Shown here: positions 37,945-47,905 of the stretch, one piece after another | How positions within the stretch are numbered: position 1 is the first letter of the stretch | Layout of the letters: every line of letters begins with the position of its first letter | DNA from: Candidatus Margulisiibacteriota bacterium | GTDB lineage: Bacteria; Margulisbacteria; WOR-1; O2-12-FULL-45-9; XYB2-FULL-48-7 | Direction of reading: 5' to 3' | DNA: 64,000 nucleotides | Assembly (NCBI GenBank): GCA_041661965.1 | Contig: JBAZTH010000001.1 | Coordinates: 226,710-290,709, forward strand | Translations under genes and position numbers: made by a program | The notes under the pieces: generated by a model | Told to the model about the DNA's origin: nothing | The model's database searches: none | The model's input: only the letters and a program-made list of their open reading frames with translations

Positions 37945-39683
37945 GAAAGATCCTGTTGATCGGCAATCCCAATGTCGGGAAAAGCGCGGTTTTCTCCCGT
38001 TTGACCGGCCTGCAAGTCGTGACCTCCAATTACCCCGGGACCACGGTTGAGTTTCGCAAAGGGTACATGCTGCTGGGGACCGAGAAGGTCGAAGTGATCG
38101 ACGTTCCCGGGACCTACACCTTGGAGCCGACCTGCAAAGCGGAAGAAGTGACCTGCGATATCCTCAAAGCGGCGACCAAAGAAGCGCTCAAGACCGGAGA
38201 TGTGGTCATCAACGTGGTGGACGCGACCAACCTGGAGCGGAACCTCTACCTGACTCTGGAATTAATGGAACTGAAGATCCCGGTCATTGTCGCGCTGAAC
38301 ATGTGGGACGATACCAAACACCGGGGGATCCATCTCGATCTCAACCAACTTGCCGAGTGGCTTGGCGTGCCGGTGGTGCCGACGGTGGCGGTGACCGGGG
38401 AAGGTTTTGCCCGTTTGATCGGGCAGATCTATAAGGCCAAGCCGCCGAAAGTTCGAAAACATACTCGTGACGAGCGCTGGGAAGATATCGGCCGGATTAT
38501 CGGCCTGGCCCAACGGTTGGAACACCGCCATCATACTTTCCTGGAATGGCTGCAAGACCTGACTATTAAACCGGAGACCGGGCTCCCCTTCGCGGGGTTG
38601 ATCGCCCTGGTTGCCTTTTTCGTGATCCGTTTTATTGGTGAAAGCCTGATCGGTTATTTGGCCGATCCCTTTTTCGATTATTTATGGGCGCCGGTCCTGC
38701 ATTCGCTTAGTAATTTGATGGGGAACGGCGGCTTGCTTCACGACATCCTTATTGGCAATCTGATCGCCGGCCGGATCGACTATGTCCAATCTTTCGGGGT
38801 CTTAAGCACCGCTTTATACGTTGAGTTCGCCATGGTCCTCCCATATATCATCGCTTTTTACCTGGTCATCGGGCTTTTGGAGGATTCCGGCTATCTGCCG
38901 CGTTTGGCGGTCCTGATGGATAATTTGATGCACAACATCGGTTTGCATGGATTCGCCATCGTGCCGACTTTGCTTTCTTTTGGCTGCAACGTTCCCGGCA
39001 TCCTGGCGACCAGGGTCTTAGAGAGCAAGCGGGAGCGGTTTATTGCTTCGACCCTGATCTCGATCGGGATCCCTTGTGCCGCTCTGCAGGCGATGATCAT
39101 CGGTCTTTTGGGAAAGCATGGAATTTTTCCTTTGTTGATCGTTTACGGGACGTTGGCTTTGACCTGGCTGGCCCTCGGCATGATCCTGAACCGGCTGACC
39201 CCCGGTTTTAGCCCCGAGCTATTGCTGGAGATCCCGCCGTATCGCTTTCCGCCGGCGCCGATTCTCCTGCGAAAAACCTGGTGGCGGATCAGGGAATTCA
39301 TTACCGAAGCGCTGCCGTTGATAATTATCGGGGTGCTGGTCGTTAATTTGCTTTATCGCTTGAATATTTTTGACGCGATCGCCAATGTGACGGCGCCGGT
39401 CGTCAGCGGTCTGTTTGGTCTTCCCAAAGAAGCGATCGTGGCGATCGTGATCGGTTTTCTGCGTAAAGATGTCGCGGTCGGCATGCTTGTGCCGCTGGCG
39501 TTAAGCGTTAAACAGCTGATCGTCGCTTCGGTGGTCCTGGCGACTTTTTTCCCCTGTATCGCGACCTTTGTCATATTCATTAGGGAATTAGGGATAGTCG
39601 ATATGCTTAAGGCGACCGCGATCATGCTGGCGACTTCTTTGACCGTCGGCGGCTTGCTGAATTTTATTTTAAGCCGCTTTTGA
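37941..39683 (+). CDS. feoB: Ferrous iron transporter FeoB
   Basis: N-terminal G-protein (GNPNVGKS, DVPGTY, NMWD) plus a polytopic membrane domain. Overlaps feoA. Confidence 0.9.
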   Translation: MRKILLIGNPNVGKSAVFSRLTGLQVVTSNYPGTTVEFRKGYMLLGTEKVEVIDVPGTYTLEPTCKAEEVTCDILKAATKEALKTGDVVINVVDATNLERNLYLTLELMELKIPVIVALNMWDDTKHRGIHLDLNQLAEWLGVPVVPTVAVTGEGFARLIGQIYKAKPPKVRKHTRDERWEDIGRIIGLAQRLEHRHHTFLEWLQDLTIKPETGLPFAGLIALVAFFVIRFIGESLIGYLADPFFDYLWAPVLHSLSNLMGNGGLLHDILIGNLIAGRIDYVQSFGVLSTALYVEFAMVLPYIIAFYLVIGLLEDSGYLPRLAVLMDNLMHNIGLHGFAIVPTLLSFGCNVPGILATRVLESKRERFIASTLISIGIPCAALQAMIIGLLGKHGIFPLLIVYGTLALTWLALGMILNRLTPGFSPELLLEIPPYRFPPAPILLRKTWWRIREFITEALPLIIIGVLVVNLLYRLNIFDAIANVTAPVVSGLFGLPKEAIVAIVIGFLRKDVAVGMLVPLALSVKQLIVASVVLATFFPCIATFVIFIRELGIVDMLKATAIMLATSLTVGGLLNFILSRF

Positions 39684-39743
39684 TCGATTTTTTCTGAGAT
39701 TTGCTATACTATAATGGTAAGCAGAAATAGAAGGGAGTATGTT

Positions 39744-40208
39744 ATGGGAGAACTAATAACTAAAGAGAATTTTGAGAAGTTACAGCAGAAACTGGACGAG
39801 CTGAAAAAACGCCGGGTCAAGATCTCGAAAACGATCGGCGAAGCCCGCGAACACGGCGATCTCCGCGAAAATTCCGCTTATCATGCTGCCAAGGACGAGC
39901 AGGGGCTCAACGAAATGCGGATCCGAGAACTCGAAGCCCGGGTCGCCAACGTGACCGTCGTTGATAAGAACGACCTGCCGAAAGGGGATGGCGTCACCTT
40001 GGGTTCGACCGTCAAGGTCAAAGCGCTCGATAACGGAAGCGAATTCGAATTTACCCTAGTTTCCGATATGGAAGCCGATCCGCTGGAGAGCAAAATATCG
40101 ACCGATTCCCCGCTCGGCGGGGCGGTTTTTAACCACAAGATCGGCGACGAGGTCGAGGTTGAACTGCCGCGCGGCCAAGTCACCTACAAGATCATCGAGG
40201 TTCAATAA
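39744..40208 (+). CDS. greA: Transcription elongation factor GreA
   Basis: Coiled-coil N-domain with DLRENSAYHAAK and an FKBP-like C-domain. GGGAG SD 6 nt before ATG 39744. Confidence 0.85.
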   Translation: MGELITKENFEKLQQKLDELKKRRVKISKTIGEAREHGDLRENSAYHAAKDEQGLNEMRIRELEARVANVTVVDKNDLPKGDGVTLGSTVKVKALDNGSEFEFTLVSDMEADPLESKISTDSPLGGAVFNHKIGDEVEVELPRGQVTYKIIEVQ

Positions 40209-42438
40209 TTTGTTAAGATCCGAGCTTAATGTCGCTTTTGTTGGTAATTATTCCCCGCGTATTTGCGGGATTGCTACTTTTACGACCGATCTTTGCGAGG
40301 CGACCGCTAAACTTCTTTCTCCCCGCTCAAATGTCTTTGCGCTTGCCGTCAACGACACCGAGCGGGGGTATTCTTATCCGCGCCGGGTGGAATTTACCCT
40401 GCAAAGAAACCAGCAGAGCGATTATTACGAAGCGGCAAATTTTATCAATGCCAGTAATGCCGATGTGGCCTGCGTTCAGCATGAATACGGGATTTATGGG
40501 GGCTGGGATGGGATCTATATCCTTTCACTGATCTCCAGCTTGAGCGTGCCGGTGGTTGTGGTCCTGCACACGGTGCTTAAAAATCCCACACCCAACCAGA
40601 AAAAGATCGTCCAGGAGATGGCCCAGCGGGCCAATCAGCTGGTGGTGATGAGCGAGCTGGCCGTGACCTTGTTGCAGGAAGTTTATGCTGTCCCGGCCGA
40701 TAAGATCAGGCTGCTCTATCACGGGACTCCCGATTTTACCTCGCTGGATAATGGCCACTACAAAAAACGGTTTCAGGTGGAAGGGAAGCAGACGCTCTTG
40801 ACCTTTGGCTTGCTTAGCCCAAATAAGGGGATTGAAACGGTCATTAAATCGTTGCCCGCCATTGTCAAAGAATTTCCCAAGCTGATCTATGTGGTTTTGG
40901 GAAAAACCCATCCTAATGTCATCAAGGAATACGGCGAAAAATATCGGGCCGGCCTGGTCGCGCTGGTCGATGAGCTGGGATTGGCAGAGCAGGTGATTTT
41001 TGAGGACCGCTTTGTCAGTCTGGAAGAGCTCTACGCCTGGTTGATGGCGGCGGATATCTATATTACTCCCTATTTGAATGAGGCGCAGATCGTCAGCGGG
41101 ACCCTGTCTTACGCGATCGGGGCGGGGAATGCTATTATTTCCACTCCTTACTGGTATGCGAAAGAAATGCTGGCTGAAGGCCGGGGACGGCTGATTGATT
41201 TTGCCGACTCCGACGCTTTGGCCGGTACATTGCGCGAGCTTTTGTCGGACAAAGCCAAATTAAAGCAGCTGCGCGCCAAGACTTATGAATTTGGCCGACA
41301 GATGCGCTGGAGCAAAGTCGCGGAAAAGTACCTGGAAATGTTCCGGCAGACAAAAACGATCGCGACCAGGACTTTGGCGCTGAAAACTCCCGCGCTCCTG
41401 CGCGAGCCGATGTTTGACCTGGCGCACTTAAAGCGGTTGACCGACGACACCGGTCTGATCCAGCACGCCAAATATATTGTTCCCGATCGGCATACCGGTT
41501 ATTGCCTGGACGACAACTCCCGGGCGCTGATGTTATGCGCCTGGGCGTTTTTTCTGGTGCAGAGCGACGAGGCCAAGGCGCTGATCTCCACTTATTTCAG
41601 CTTTACCCATTTTATGCAGAACCCTGACGGGAGCTTCCGGAATTTTATCGATTACCAGCGTCACTTTCTGGATGAGACCGGCTCGGACGATGCTTGCGGC
41701 CGGGCGCTCTGGGCGCTTGGCTATCTTATCTGGCGGCCGCCGCGTAACGCCTATCGCTCCCTGGCCTGCGAATGTTTCCGCAAAGCTTTGCCCCAGGTGC
41801 GCAAGTTAAACCTGCGCGGGAAGGCCTTGGCGATGCTCGGTTTGGCTTCTTATTTGCGCTGCTATCAGGGGGATGAAAGCGCCGCCGCCTTGTTGCGCGA
41901 ATGCGCCGACCATCTTTTAGCTTTATATCAAGAGGTGGCGACCGATGATTGGCGCTGGTTTGAAAATATCCTTTGTTATGACAACGGGATCCTGCCGATG
42001 GCTCTCTTTCAGTCTTATTCCATTCTTCGCGATGAGAAATATTTGAAGGTTGCCAGGGAAACGCTGGGATTTTTAGAGAAAACCACCAGCCAAAACGGGC
42101 GGCTTTCTATTGTCGGAAGCCGTGGCTGGTATAAAAGAGGCGGGGAGAAAGCCCAGTATGACCAGCAGCCGATCGATGCCACGGCGATGGTTCTGGCATA
42201 TCAGTCCGCCTACCGGGTGACCCGGGAGAAAGAATATCTTAAGAAGATGCGCTGGGCGTTCGGTTGGTTTCTCGGCGAGAACGACATGGGGATGTCTTTG
42301 TACGATCACGAGACCAAAGGCTGTGCCGACGGCCTGTTGCCGGAAGGGGTCAGTTTGAACCAGGGCGGGGAGAGCACCGTTTCTTTCCTGATGGCGCTTT
42401 TGGCGATGATCGAAGAGTATGAGATCGAAGGGGCTTAG
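40159..42438 (+). CDS. Two-domain protein: N-terminal GT4 glycosyltransferase plus C-terminal ~350-aa domain of unknown type, possibly an alpha/alpha-toroid glycosidase-like fold
   Basis: GT4 features (NVAFVGNY..., E-x7-E region ENRFVSLEEL). The C-terminal half lacks GT motifs. The start could be 40159 or the TTG at 40210. Confidence 0.55.
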   Translation: MNCRAAKSPTRSSRFNNLLRSELNVAFVGNYSPRICGIATFTTDLCEATAKLLSPRSNVFALAVNDTERGYSYPRRVEFTLQRNQQSDYYEAANFINASNADVACVQHEYGIYGGWDGIYILSLISSLSVPVVVVLHTVLKNPTPNQKKIVQEMAQRANQLVVMSELAVTLLQEVYAVPADKIRLLYHGTPDFTSLDNGHYKKRFQVEGKQTLLTFGLLSPNKGIETVIKSLPAIVKEFPKLIYVVLGKTHPNVIKEYGEKYRAGLVALVDELGLAEQVIFEDRFVSLEELYAWLMAADIYITPYLNEAQIVSGTLSYAIGAGNAIISTPYWYAKEMLAEGRGRLIDFADSDALAGTLRELLSDKAKLKQLRAKTYEFGRQMRWSKVAEKYLEMFRQTKTIATRTLALKTPALLREPMFDLAHLKRLTDDTGLIQHAKYIVPDRHTGYCLDDNSRALMLCAWAFFLVQSDEAKALISTYFSFTHFMQNPDGSFRNFIDYQRHFLDETGSDDACGRALWALGYLIWRPPRNAYRSLACECFRKALPQVRKLNLRGKALAMLGLASYLRCYQGDESAAALLRECADHLLALYQEVATDDWRWFENILCYDNGILPMALFQSYSILRDEKYLKVARETLGFLEKTTSQNGRLSIVGSRGWYKRGGEKAQYDQQPIDATAMVLAYQSAYRVTREKEYLKKMRWAFGWFLGENDMGMSLYDHETKGCADGLLPEGVSLNQGGESTVSFLMALLAMIEEYEIEGA

Positions 42439-44000
42439 CCCTTTTTCAACAGTTTTTCGAGCAGTTCGTTGACCGGAATGCTGGCCACGTGCGATTCCGA
42501 GTCGGAAATAGCGTAAGGGATGATCAGTTCGCCGTTGAGGATTATCGCGCCGCAACTGTAGACGACGTTCGGCACGTAACCGGCGCGTTCTTCTTCCCGC
42601 GGCGCCAGCAGCGGCTCGGCCAGCCGCCCGATCACTTTTGCCGGGTCTTTCAGGTTGAGCAGCGAAACTCCGATGCAGTATTTGCGCATCGGCCCCACGC
42701 CGTGGGTCAGCAGGAGCCACCCTTTTTTGGTTTCGAGCGGCGAGCCGCAGTTGCCGATCTGGACCAGTTCCCAGCTATTGGCCGGCTCTTCTATTTTAAC
42801 CCCGTCGAACCAAAAATGAATATTATCGGAATAGCTTAGGTAGAGGCTTTCCCCGTCGATCCGGGTGATCATGGCGTAGCGGCCGTTGATCTTGCGGGGG
42901 AAAAGGGCCATCCCCTTATTGCGCGCCATCGGTCCGTTCAGGGTGGAGATCTTGAAATGGTGGAAATCTTTTGTCTCGATCAGTTGCGGCAGTATTTCCC
43001 GGCCGTTATAAGCGGTATAGGTTGCGTAGTAGGTGACACTGCCGTCGTCGTCGACAAAACGGACAAAGCGGGCGTCTTCCACCCCGTTGCTTTCGTTCTG
43101 CGAGATGGGGAAAATGACCCGTTCCGAGATCAGCTGGCCTTGCGGGAAAAAGATCTCATAGTTTGATTCGGCCAGCCACCGGATGTGGACAATTGTGTCG
43201 TCCAGGTCGGCCGGCGTAAAAAGATTGCCGTCGCGCACAACGCCGATCGCCTGGTCCAGGTCGGCGGGCGTAAAACTGGCCGGCAGGCGCTGGTCGATCG
43301 CCTTGGCCGCTTCGCTAAAGTAGCCCAGCTCCTCGAGTTTGGCCTTGAACAGTTCCCGGTCGTAGGTCGCGTTCAAAACGATCTCGGGGGTGCCCAAAAA
43401 AGGGCTGATCGGCTCCAAAAAGATCGAGTTGTCCTGGTCGATTATGGCGCTGCGAAAAACGATCGACGAAATGTGTCCCTCGCCGGTCGCGCGAAAGCTG
43501 AAAATAACGCGGGTCTGTCCCTTCTTCATCTGGTTTTGCTTGGGATAGATAACGACCGAGGGGTTGAAGAGGGCGGCCGATTCGATGGAATATTCCATGG
43601 TAAAACAGGCGCCGAGCAAAAGGCGTCTCTCTTCCGACAGCGCTGCCGGATCCGGGGCGTATTTGACGATCCGCTGGTAATTGTTTTTCAAGACGGGGAG
43701 AATATCCTTGTGGCGATGCGCGAAATCCTGAAGCGTTTGCTTTAAGACGATTTTGACTCTTGTCTCATCCAGCGCCAAAATCCGGTTGACGATATTGGCG
43801 ATATGGGACTCGCTGGCGGGGCGGAAAGGGCGGGTAATGATCCGGCGCTGGTCCGGGCGGATATTCTTCAAGGTTTTATTAGTGATCCGCTTGAACAAGC
43901 GTGAAATAACGACCGGGTCATGGAGGGCGGGTTTGCCCAGGTGCTTGTTGGCGATCAAAACCTCGGTGTTTCTCCCGAAAGGTGTTTTTTGTTTAGCCAC
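42435..44000 (-). CDS. GH130-family glycoside phosphorylase-like protein with ~200-aa N-terminal extension
   Basis: C-terminal beta-propeller GH130/DUF377 signatures (DARFVRF.DDGS..YATYTAYNG, GWLLLTHGVGP..YCIGVSLL, VPNVVYSCG). Convergent with the GT4 fusion; the stops overlap. Confidence 0.6.
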   Translation of the reverse strand: MAKQKTPFGRNTEVLIANKHLGKPALHDPVVISRLFKRITNKTLKNIRPDQRRIITRPFRPASESHIANIVNRILALDETRVKIVLKQTLQDFAHRHKDILPVLKNNYQRIVKYAPDPAALSEERRLLLGACFTMEYSIESAALFNPSVVIYPKQNQMKKGQTRVIFSFRATGEGHISSIVFRSAIIDQDNSIFLEPISPFLGTPEIVLNATYDRELFKAKLEELGYFSEAAKAIDQRLPASFTPADLDQAIGVVRDGNLFTPADLDDTIVHIRWLAESNYEIFFPQGQLISERVIFPISQNESNGVEDARFVRFVDDDGSVTYYATYTAYNGREILPQLIETKDFHHFKISTLNGPMARNKGMALFPRKINGRYAMITRIDGESLYLSYSDNIHFWFDGVKIEEPANSWELVQIGNCGSPLETKKGWLLLTHGVGPMRKYCIGVSLLNLKDPAKVIGRLAEPLLAPREEERAGYVPNVVYSCGAIILNGELIIPYAISDSESHVASIPVNELLEKLLKKG

Positions 44001-44201
44001 GATGCCTAATCCTAATCTTTATGCGACAAAAAAGCAATGAGATTGATCTCGCCGCTTCCAGGGTCATCGAAGTGCGATTGCCGGTTGATTTTTCCCGTCC
44101 GATATAGTAATCTCCACCTGTCCGCTCCGCCAGAAAAGCGGCCGCAAGGGCGGGGAACAACAATTACTTTTACGATTCCGAAATAAAGAGGAGGGTTTTT
44201 A

Positions 44202-45788
44202 ATGAAAAACAGGTTCTTGGTCGGATCGATTGTCGTTCTAGCATTGGCTTTTGAGGTTTTTAGTATTCCTAATTTGCTTTCATTTGAAGGCCGGTTGACC
44301 GATACTGCCGGCACCCCGGTAACCGCTTCAACCACCGTGCAAATATCGATTTATGATTCTTTGTCGGGCGGAAGTCTGATCTGGGGACCAGAGAGCCATA
44401 CTGTAACCCCGGACAACCAGGGAGTATTCAGTGTTTTACTTGGAGAAACTACGGCCTTAGCCGCAACTGTTTTTGACAGTTCCTCAAGATACGCGCAAAT
44501 CGTTGTCGGCAGTGAGATTTTAAGTCCCAGGGTCAGGATCGTTTCGGTTGGTTATGCTTATAAAGCCGCATCCGCGCAAGGGGTCGAGGCCGGCTCGATT
44601 TCCAGAAGCAGTGTCGCTACCGGCCAGTTCGTTAAGCAAATCGTTGCCGGCTCCGGGATCGGCGTTTCCGGCGATGAGGGGAGCGGGACCGGGGTCGTGA
44701 CTTTAACGGCAACCGGGACCGGCGGGGGAACCGTCACTTCGGTTAACAGCGGAACCGGTTTAACCGGCGGGCCGATAACAGAGACGGGGACAATCTCTCT
44801 GGCAATCCCGGTTGTTGAAATTAACGGCGGCACCAGCCAATCGACCTACACGACCGGCGATATTCTTTATTCTTCGGCCTCCAACACGCTTTCCAAATTG
44901 CCGATCGGCTCCGCCGGACAAATCCTGAAGGTGAGCGGCGGGATCCCTTCGTGGGGAGCGGCCGGCGGGACCGGCACGGTGACGGAGGTCAATACCGGAA
45001 CCGGTCTGACCGGCGGGCCGATAACCGGGATAGGGACAATTTCCGTTGACTCTTCCGTTGTGACTTTGACCGGGGTTCAGACGCTGACCAACAAGACCTT
45101 CACCGATACACTAACAACATTCCAAAACAATGCCGACAACACTAAAAAAGTAGCGCTTGACGCGTCGGGGGTTACGACCGCGCAAACCAGGAGCTGGACC
45201 GTCGGCTCCGGTATCCCGCAGAATATTCAGGTCTTTACGTCAGGCGGAACCTGGGTAAAACCGGCGGGAGTGTCGGTTGTTTATGTGGAGATTTGGGGGG
45301 GGGGCGGCGGCGCCAGGAACGCTTCAAATAACCAATCCGGCGGCGGCGGTGGTGGTGGTGGATATTGCGCGGGATTGGTTTCCGTTTCGGGCAACGTGAC
45401 GGTAACGGTCGGCTCCGGCGGCGCAAACGGCAATCCGGCTTCTGCCGGCGGCGCCAGCAGTTTCGCGGGCGATATCACGCTGACCGCTAATGGCGGCTCG
45501 GACGGCTCTACCCTTGGCGGCGCCGGAGGGACCGCTACCGGCGGAACCATTAATCTTACGGGCGCCACCGGGGTGAGCGGTAAAAATTCCGATGGAGCTG
45601 GCGGCGGCGGTGGTGGCGGCAGTCCGAGAGGAGGAAGCGGCGGTGCGGGTGGGGTAGGGGCAAATGCGGCTAATCCCAGCGTGAATGGAGGAGAAGGCAC
45701 CCAGCCCGGCGGTGGTGGCGGCGGTGGAAGCGAAAATGGTGGAACTGGCGGAAATGGCGGGGCCGGACTGGTTATTGTAAGTTATTAA
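44202..45788 (+). CDS. Secreted repeat protein with a Gly-rich C-terminal region
   Basis: Signal peptide. Internal repeats NxGTGLTGGPITxxGTIS. C-terminal poly-Gly/Ala/Asn tract (GGGGGGGY..., GGGGGGGSPRGGSGGAGG). Confidence 0.4.
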   Translation: MKNRFLVGSIVVLALAFEVFSIPNLLSFEGRLTDTAGTPVTASTTVQISIYDSLSGGSLIWGPESHTVTPDNQGVFSVLLGETTALAATVFDSSSRYAQIVVGSEILSPRVRIVSVGYAYKAASAQGVEAGSISRSSVATGQFVKQIVAGSGIGVSGDEGSGTGVVTLTATGTGGGTVTSVNSGTGLTGGPITETGTISLAIPVVEINGGTSQSTYTTGDILYSSASNTLSKLPIGSAGQILKVSGGIPSWGAAGGTGTVTEVNTGTGLTGGPITGIGTISVDSSVVTLTGVQTLTNKTFTDTLTTFQNNADNTKKVALDASGVTTAQTRSWTVGSGIPQNIQVFTSGGTWVKPAGVSVVYVEIWGGGGGARNASNNQSGGGGGGGGYCAGLVSVSGNVTVTVGSGGANGNPASAGGASSFAGDITLTANGGSDGSTLGGAGGTATGGTINLTGATGVSGKNSDGAGGGGGGGSPRGGSGGAGGVGANAANPSVNGGEGTQPGGGGGGGSENGGTGGNGGAGLVIVSY

Positions 45789-45794
45789 AGAAAT

Positions 45795-46931
45795 ATGGCA
45801 AAGTTAGCGATATTAATTATTCTTATACTGATTGGAGGGACCGCGCAGGGGGCAAGCTCCAGCGCGAATTATAGGTTGACCGCCGAAGTATTTGATTCCG
45901 GCGGATCCGTGGCAGGATCGTCATCATACGCTTTGCGGGGGAAAATTCGTGAAAGGGCGCTGCCCGTCAATATTGGGACTTCTTTTGCATTTAACGGAGG
46001 TTTTTTAAGGAGCGTTTATTTTTCCGCGCCGACCCCCCCCGCGCTGGCGCCGATCGTAATCTCAATTGCCCCGTCCAGTGGACTAAACAGCGGTCCGGTC
46101 AATATAACCGGCCTGGTCGGCGCCAATTTCCGATCGGGAGCGGCGGTTAAATTATCAAAGAGCGGGGAGTCCGACATAAATGCCGTTAATGTCGTAGTCG
46201 TGAATTCCGGGCAGATCACCTGCTCGTTTGATATTGCCGGCGCCGCCGCCGGCTTATGGAACGTATCCGTGATAAATCCTGACGGCGGATCAGGCTCGCT
46301 CCCTTCGGCGTTCACGATCGGTTTCCCCGCGCCGACCGTTGCTTCCATAACCCCTGCCCGCGGGACCAATGACGGGGTCGTTGAGATCATCGATCTGGCC
46401 GGCGGGAACTTCCGTTCAGGGGCGACGGTCAGCTTGTCGAAAGCGGGTCAAAGCGCGATCGCGGGTGAAAATGTCGTCGTTATTTCTTCCGCGAAGATAA
46501 ACTGCCGGTTCAATCTTGCGGGAAAGGAGATCGGTATTTGGGACCTCTCCGTTACCAACGACGACGGTCAATTTGCCTCATTGCCTCTCGGGTTTAAAGT
46601 GGAAGCCGCGTCGATCGGCGTGGTCGGCACGGTCGTCAGTACCTCCAATCCTTTCAATCCCGCCGCCGGCCCGACCACTTTGAAGTATACTTTAACTAAA
46701 GACGCGGATATTACTTTGTATATTTACAATATCAGGGGCGAGCGGGTTTGGCAGCGGTTTTTTTCAGCCGGCACGGCTGGCGGCCAGGTCGGCGTCAACG
46801 AGATCAACTGGGACGGACTGACCGACTTTAAGAGCCTGGTCAGTTTCGGTGTTTACATTCTGGACGTGACTACGAAGGAGGATGGCAAGATCAAGGGGTT
46901 GAGCCGGACGAAAATTGCCATAGTTAAATGA
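45795..46931 (+). CDS. Secreted IPT/TIG-repeat protein with C-terminal FlgD-Ig-like domain
   Basis: Signal peptide. Two IPT/TIG-like repeats (ISIAPSSG...GANF, ITPARGTNDG...GGNF). C-terminus (ITLYIYNIRGERV...WDGL...GVYILDV) matches the FlgD Ig-like fold seen in sorting domains. Confidence 0.5.
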   Translation: MAKLAILIILILIGGTAQGASSSANYRLTAEVFDSGGSVAGSSSYALRGKIRERALPVNIGTSFAFNGGFLRSVYFSAPTPPALAPIVISIAPSSGLNSGPVNITGLVGANFRSGAAVKLSKSGESDINAVNVVVVNSGQITCSFDIAGAAAGLWNVSVINPDGGSGSLPSAFTIGFPAPTVASITPARGTNDGVVEIIDLAGGNFRSGATVSLSKAGQSAIAGENVVVISSAKINCRFNLAGKEIGIWDLSVTNDDGQFASLPLGFKVEAASIGVVGTVVSTSNPFNPAAGPTTLKYTLTKDADITLYIYNIRGERVWQRFFSAGTAGGQVGVNEINWDGLTDFKSLVSFGVYILDVTTKEDGKIKGLSRTKIAIVK

Positions 46932-47905
46932 AAAAAACAATTGTTTTATTGGCCATCTTATTTGTCGGCGGTCAATTTTCCCAGGCCGCGGTGATCGGCA
47001 CCACGGACGATGCCTTGACCATCGGCGGCGGAGCCAGACCGATCGGGATGGGCCGCGCTTTTACCGCGATCGTTGACGATGCCGATGCTCCTTTCATCAA
47101 TCCGGCCGGTTTGGCCGGTATCAAAGGGCCGCAGGCGATGTCGATGTACACTAACTTATTGGGGGAGGTTTATTATCAAGAGTTCAGCGGCGCGGTCCCG
47201 ACGCCGAACGGCACTGTGGGGCTCGGTTATATTACGACCGGCGTGAACAATATTCCGACGACGCCGATCCCGACTGATTATTACGATTCGCTTTTTCTGG
47301 TTTCTTACTCGGTTCCCATCGCCAGGTTCTTTGATTACGGCAAAAATGTTTTTATCGGACTGAATTATAAAATATTCAACCGGGGATATACCGGCGGGAT
47401 CGGCCAGTTCGCGACCGGGACCAGCGCCGATGCCGGACTGCTTGTGATCGTCAATCCCAATCTTTCCTTGGGGCTGTGCCGGCAGAATATTTTGCCGGTT
47501 TCGATGGGCGGGGTGCTCCGTTTGGACGGCGGCGCCGAAGAGGCCCTGGCCGGAATAACCAAAGCGGGCGTCGCGATCAAACCAATCCCCCAGCCGAAGC
47601 TGACAGTGGCGGTGGATGTCGATCTGCCGGCCCAAAGCGCCAGGCCTTTAACCTCGCATCTTGGCCTGGAATGGAAAGAGAATAATTATCTGATGCTTCG
47701 GGCCGGGATCGATCAAAGCGTCGATCCGGGGACCGCGACCCAGACGAGCTGGAACCCATCCTTCGGCACTTCGTTGACCGTCGGAAATTTCCGTGTTGAC
47801 TATGCCTATCACCAATACTATAATGACCCCGGCTTGGCGACAACCTACGTATCGATGTCATATACCGGCGAACCATGGTTCGCCCTTAAGGGGAGGGCCG
47901 AATAA
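46928..47905 (+). CDS. Outer-membrane beta-barrel protein, PorV/FadL-like
   Basis: Signal peptide, then GARPIGMGRAFTAIVDDADAPFINPAGLAG, the hallmark N-terminal motif of PorV-like barrels. C-terminal aromatic-rich region. Confidence 0.4.
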   Translation: MKKTIVLLAILFVGGQFSQAAVIGTTDDALTIGGGARPIGMGRAFTAIVDDADAPFINPAGLAGIKGPQAMSMYTNLLGEVYYQEFSGAVPTPNGTVGLGYITTGVNNIPTTPIPTDYYDSLFLVSYSVPIARFFDYGKNVFIGLNYKIFNRGYTGGIGQFATGTSADAGLLVIVNPNLSLGLCRQNILPVSMGGVLRLDGGAEEALAGITKAGVAIKPIPQPKLTVAVDVDLPAQSARPLTSHLGLEWKENNYLMLRAGIDQSVDPGTATQTSWNPSFGTSLTVGNFRVDYAYHQYYNDPGLATTYVSMSYTGEPWFALKGRAE

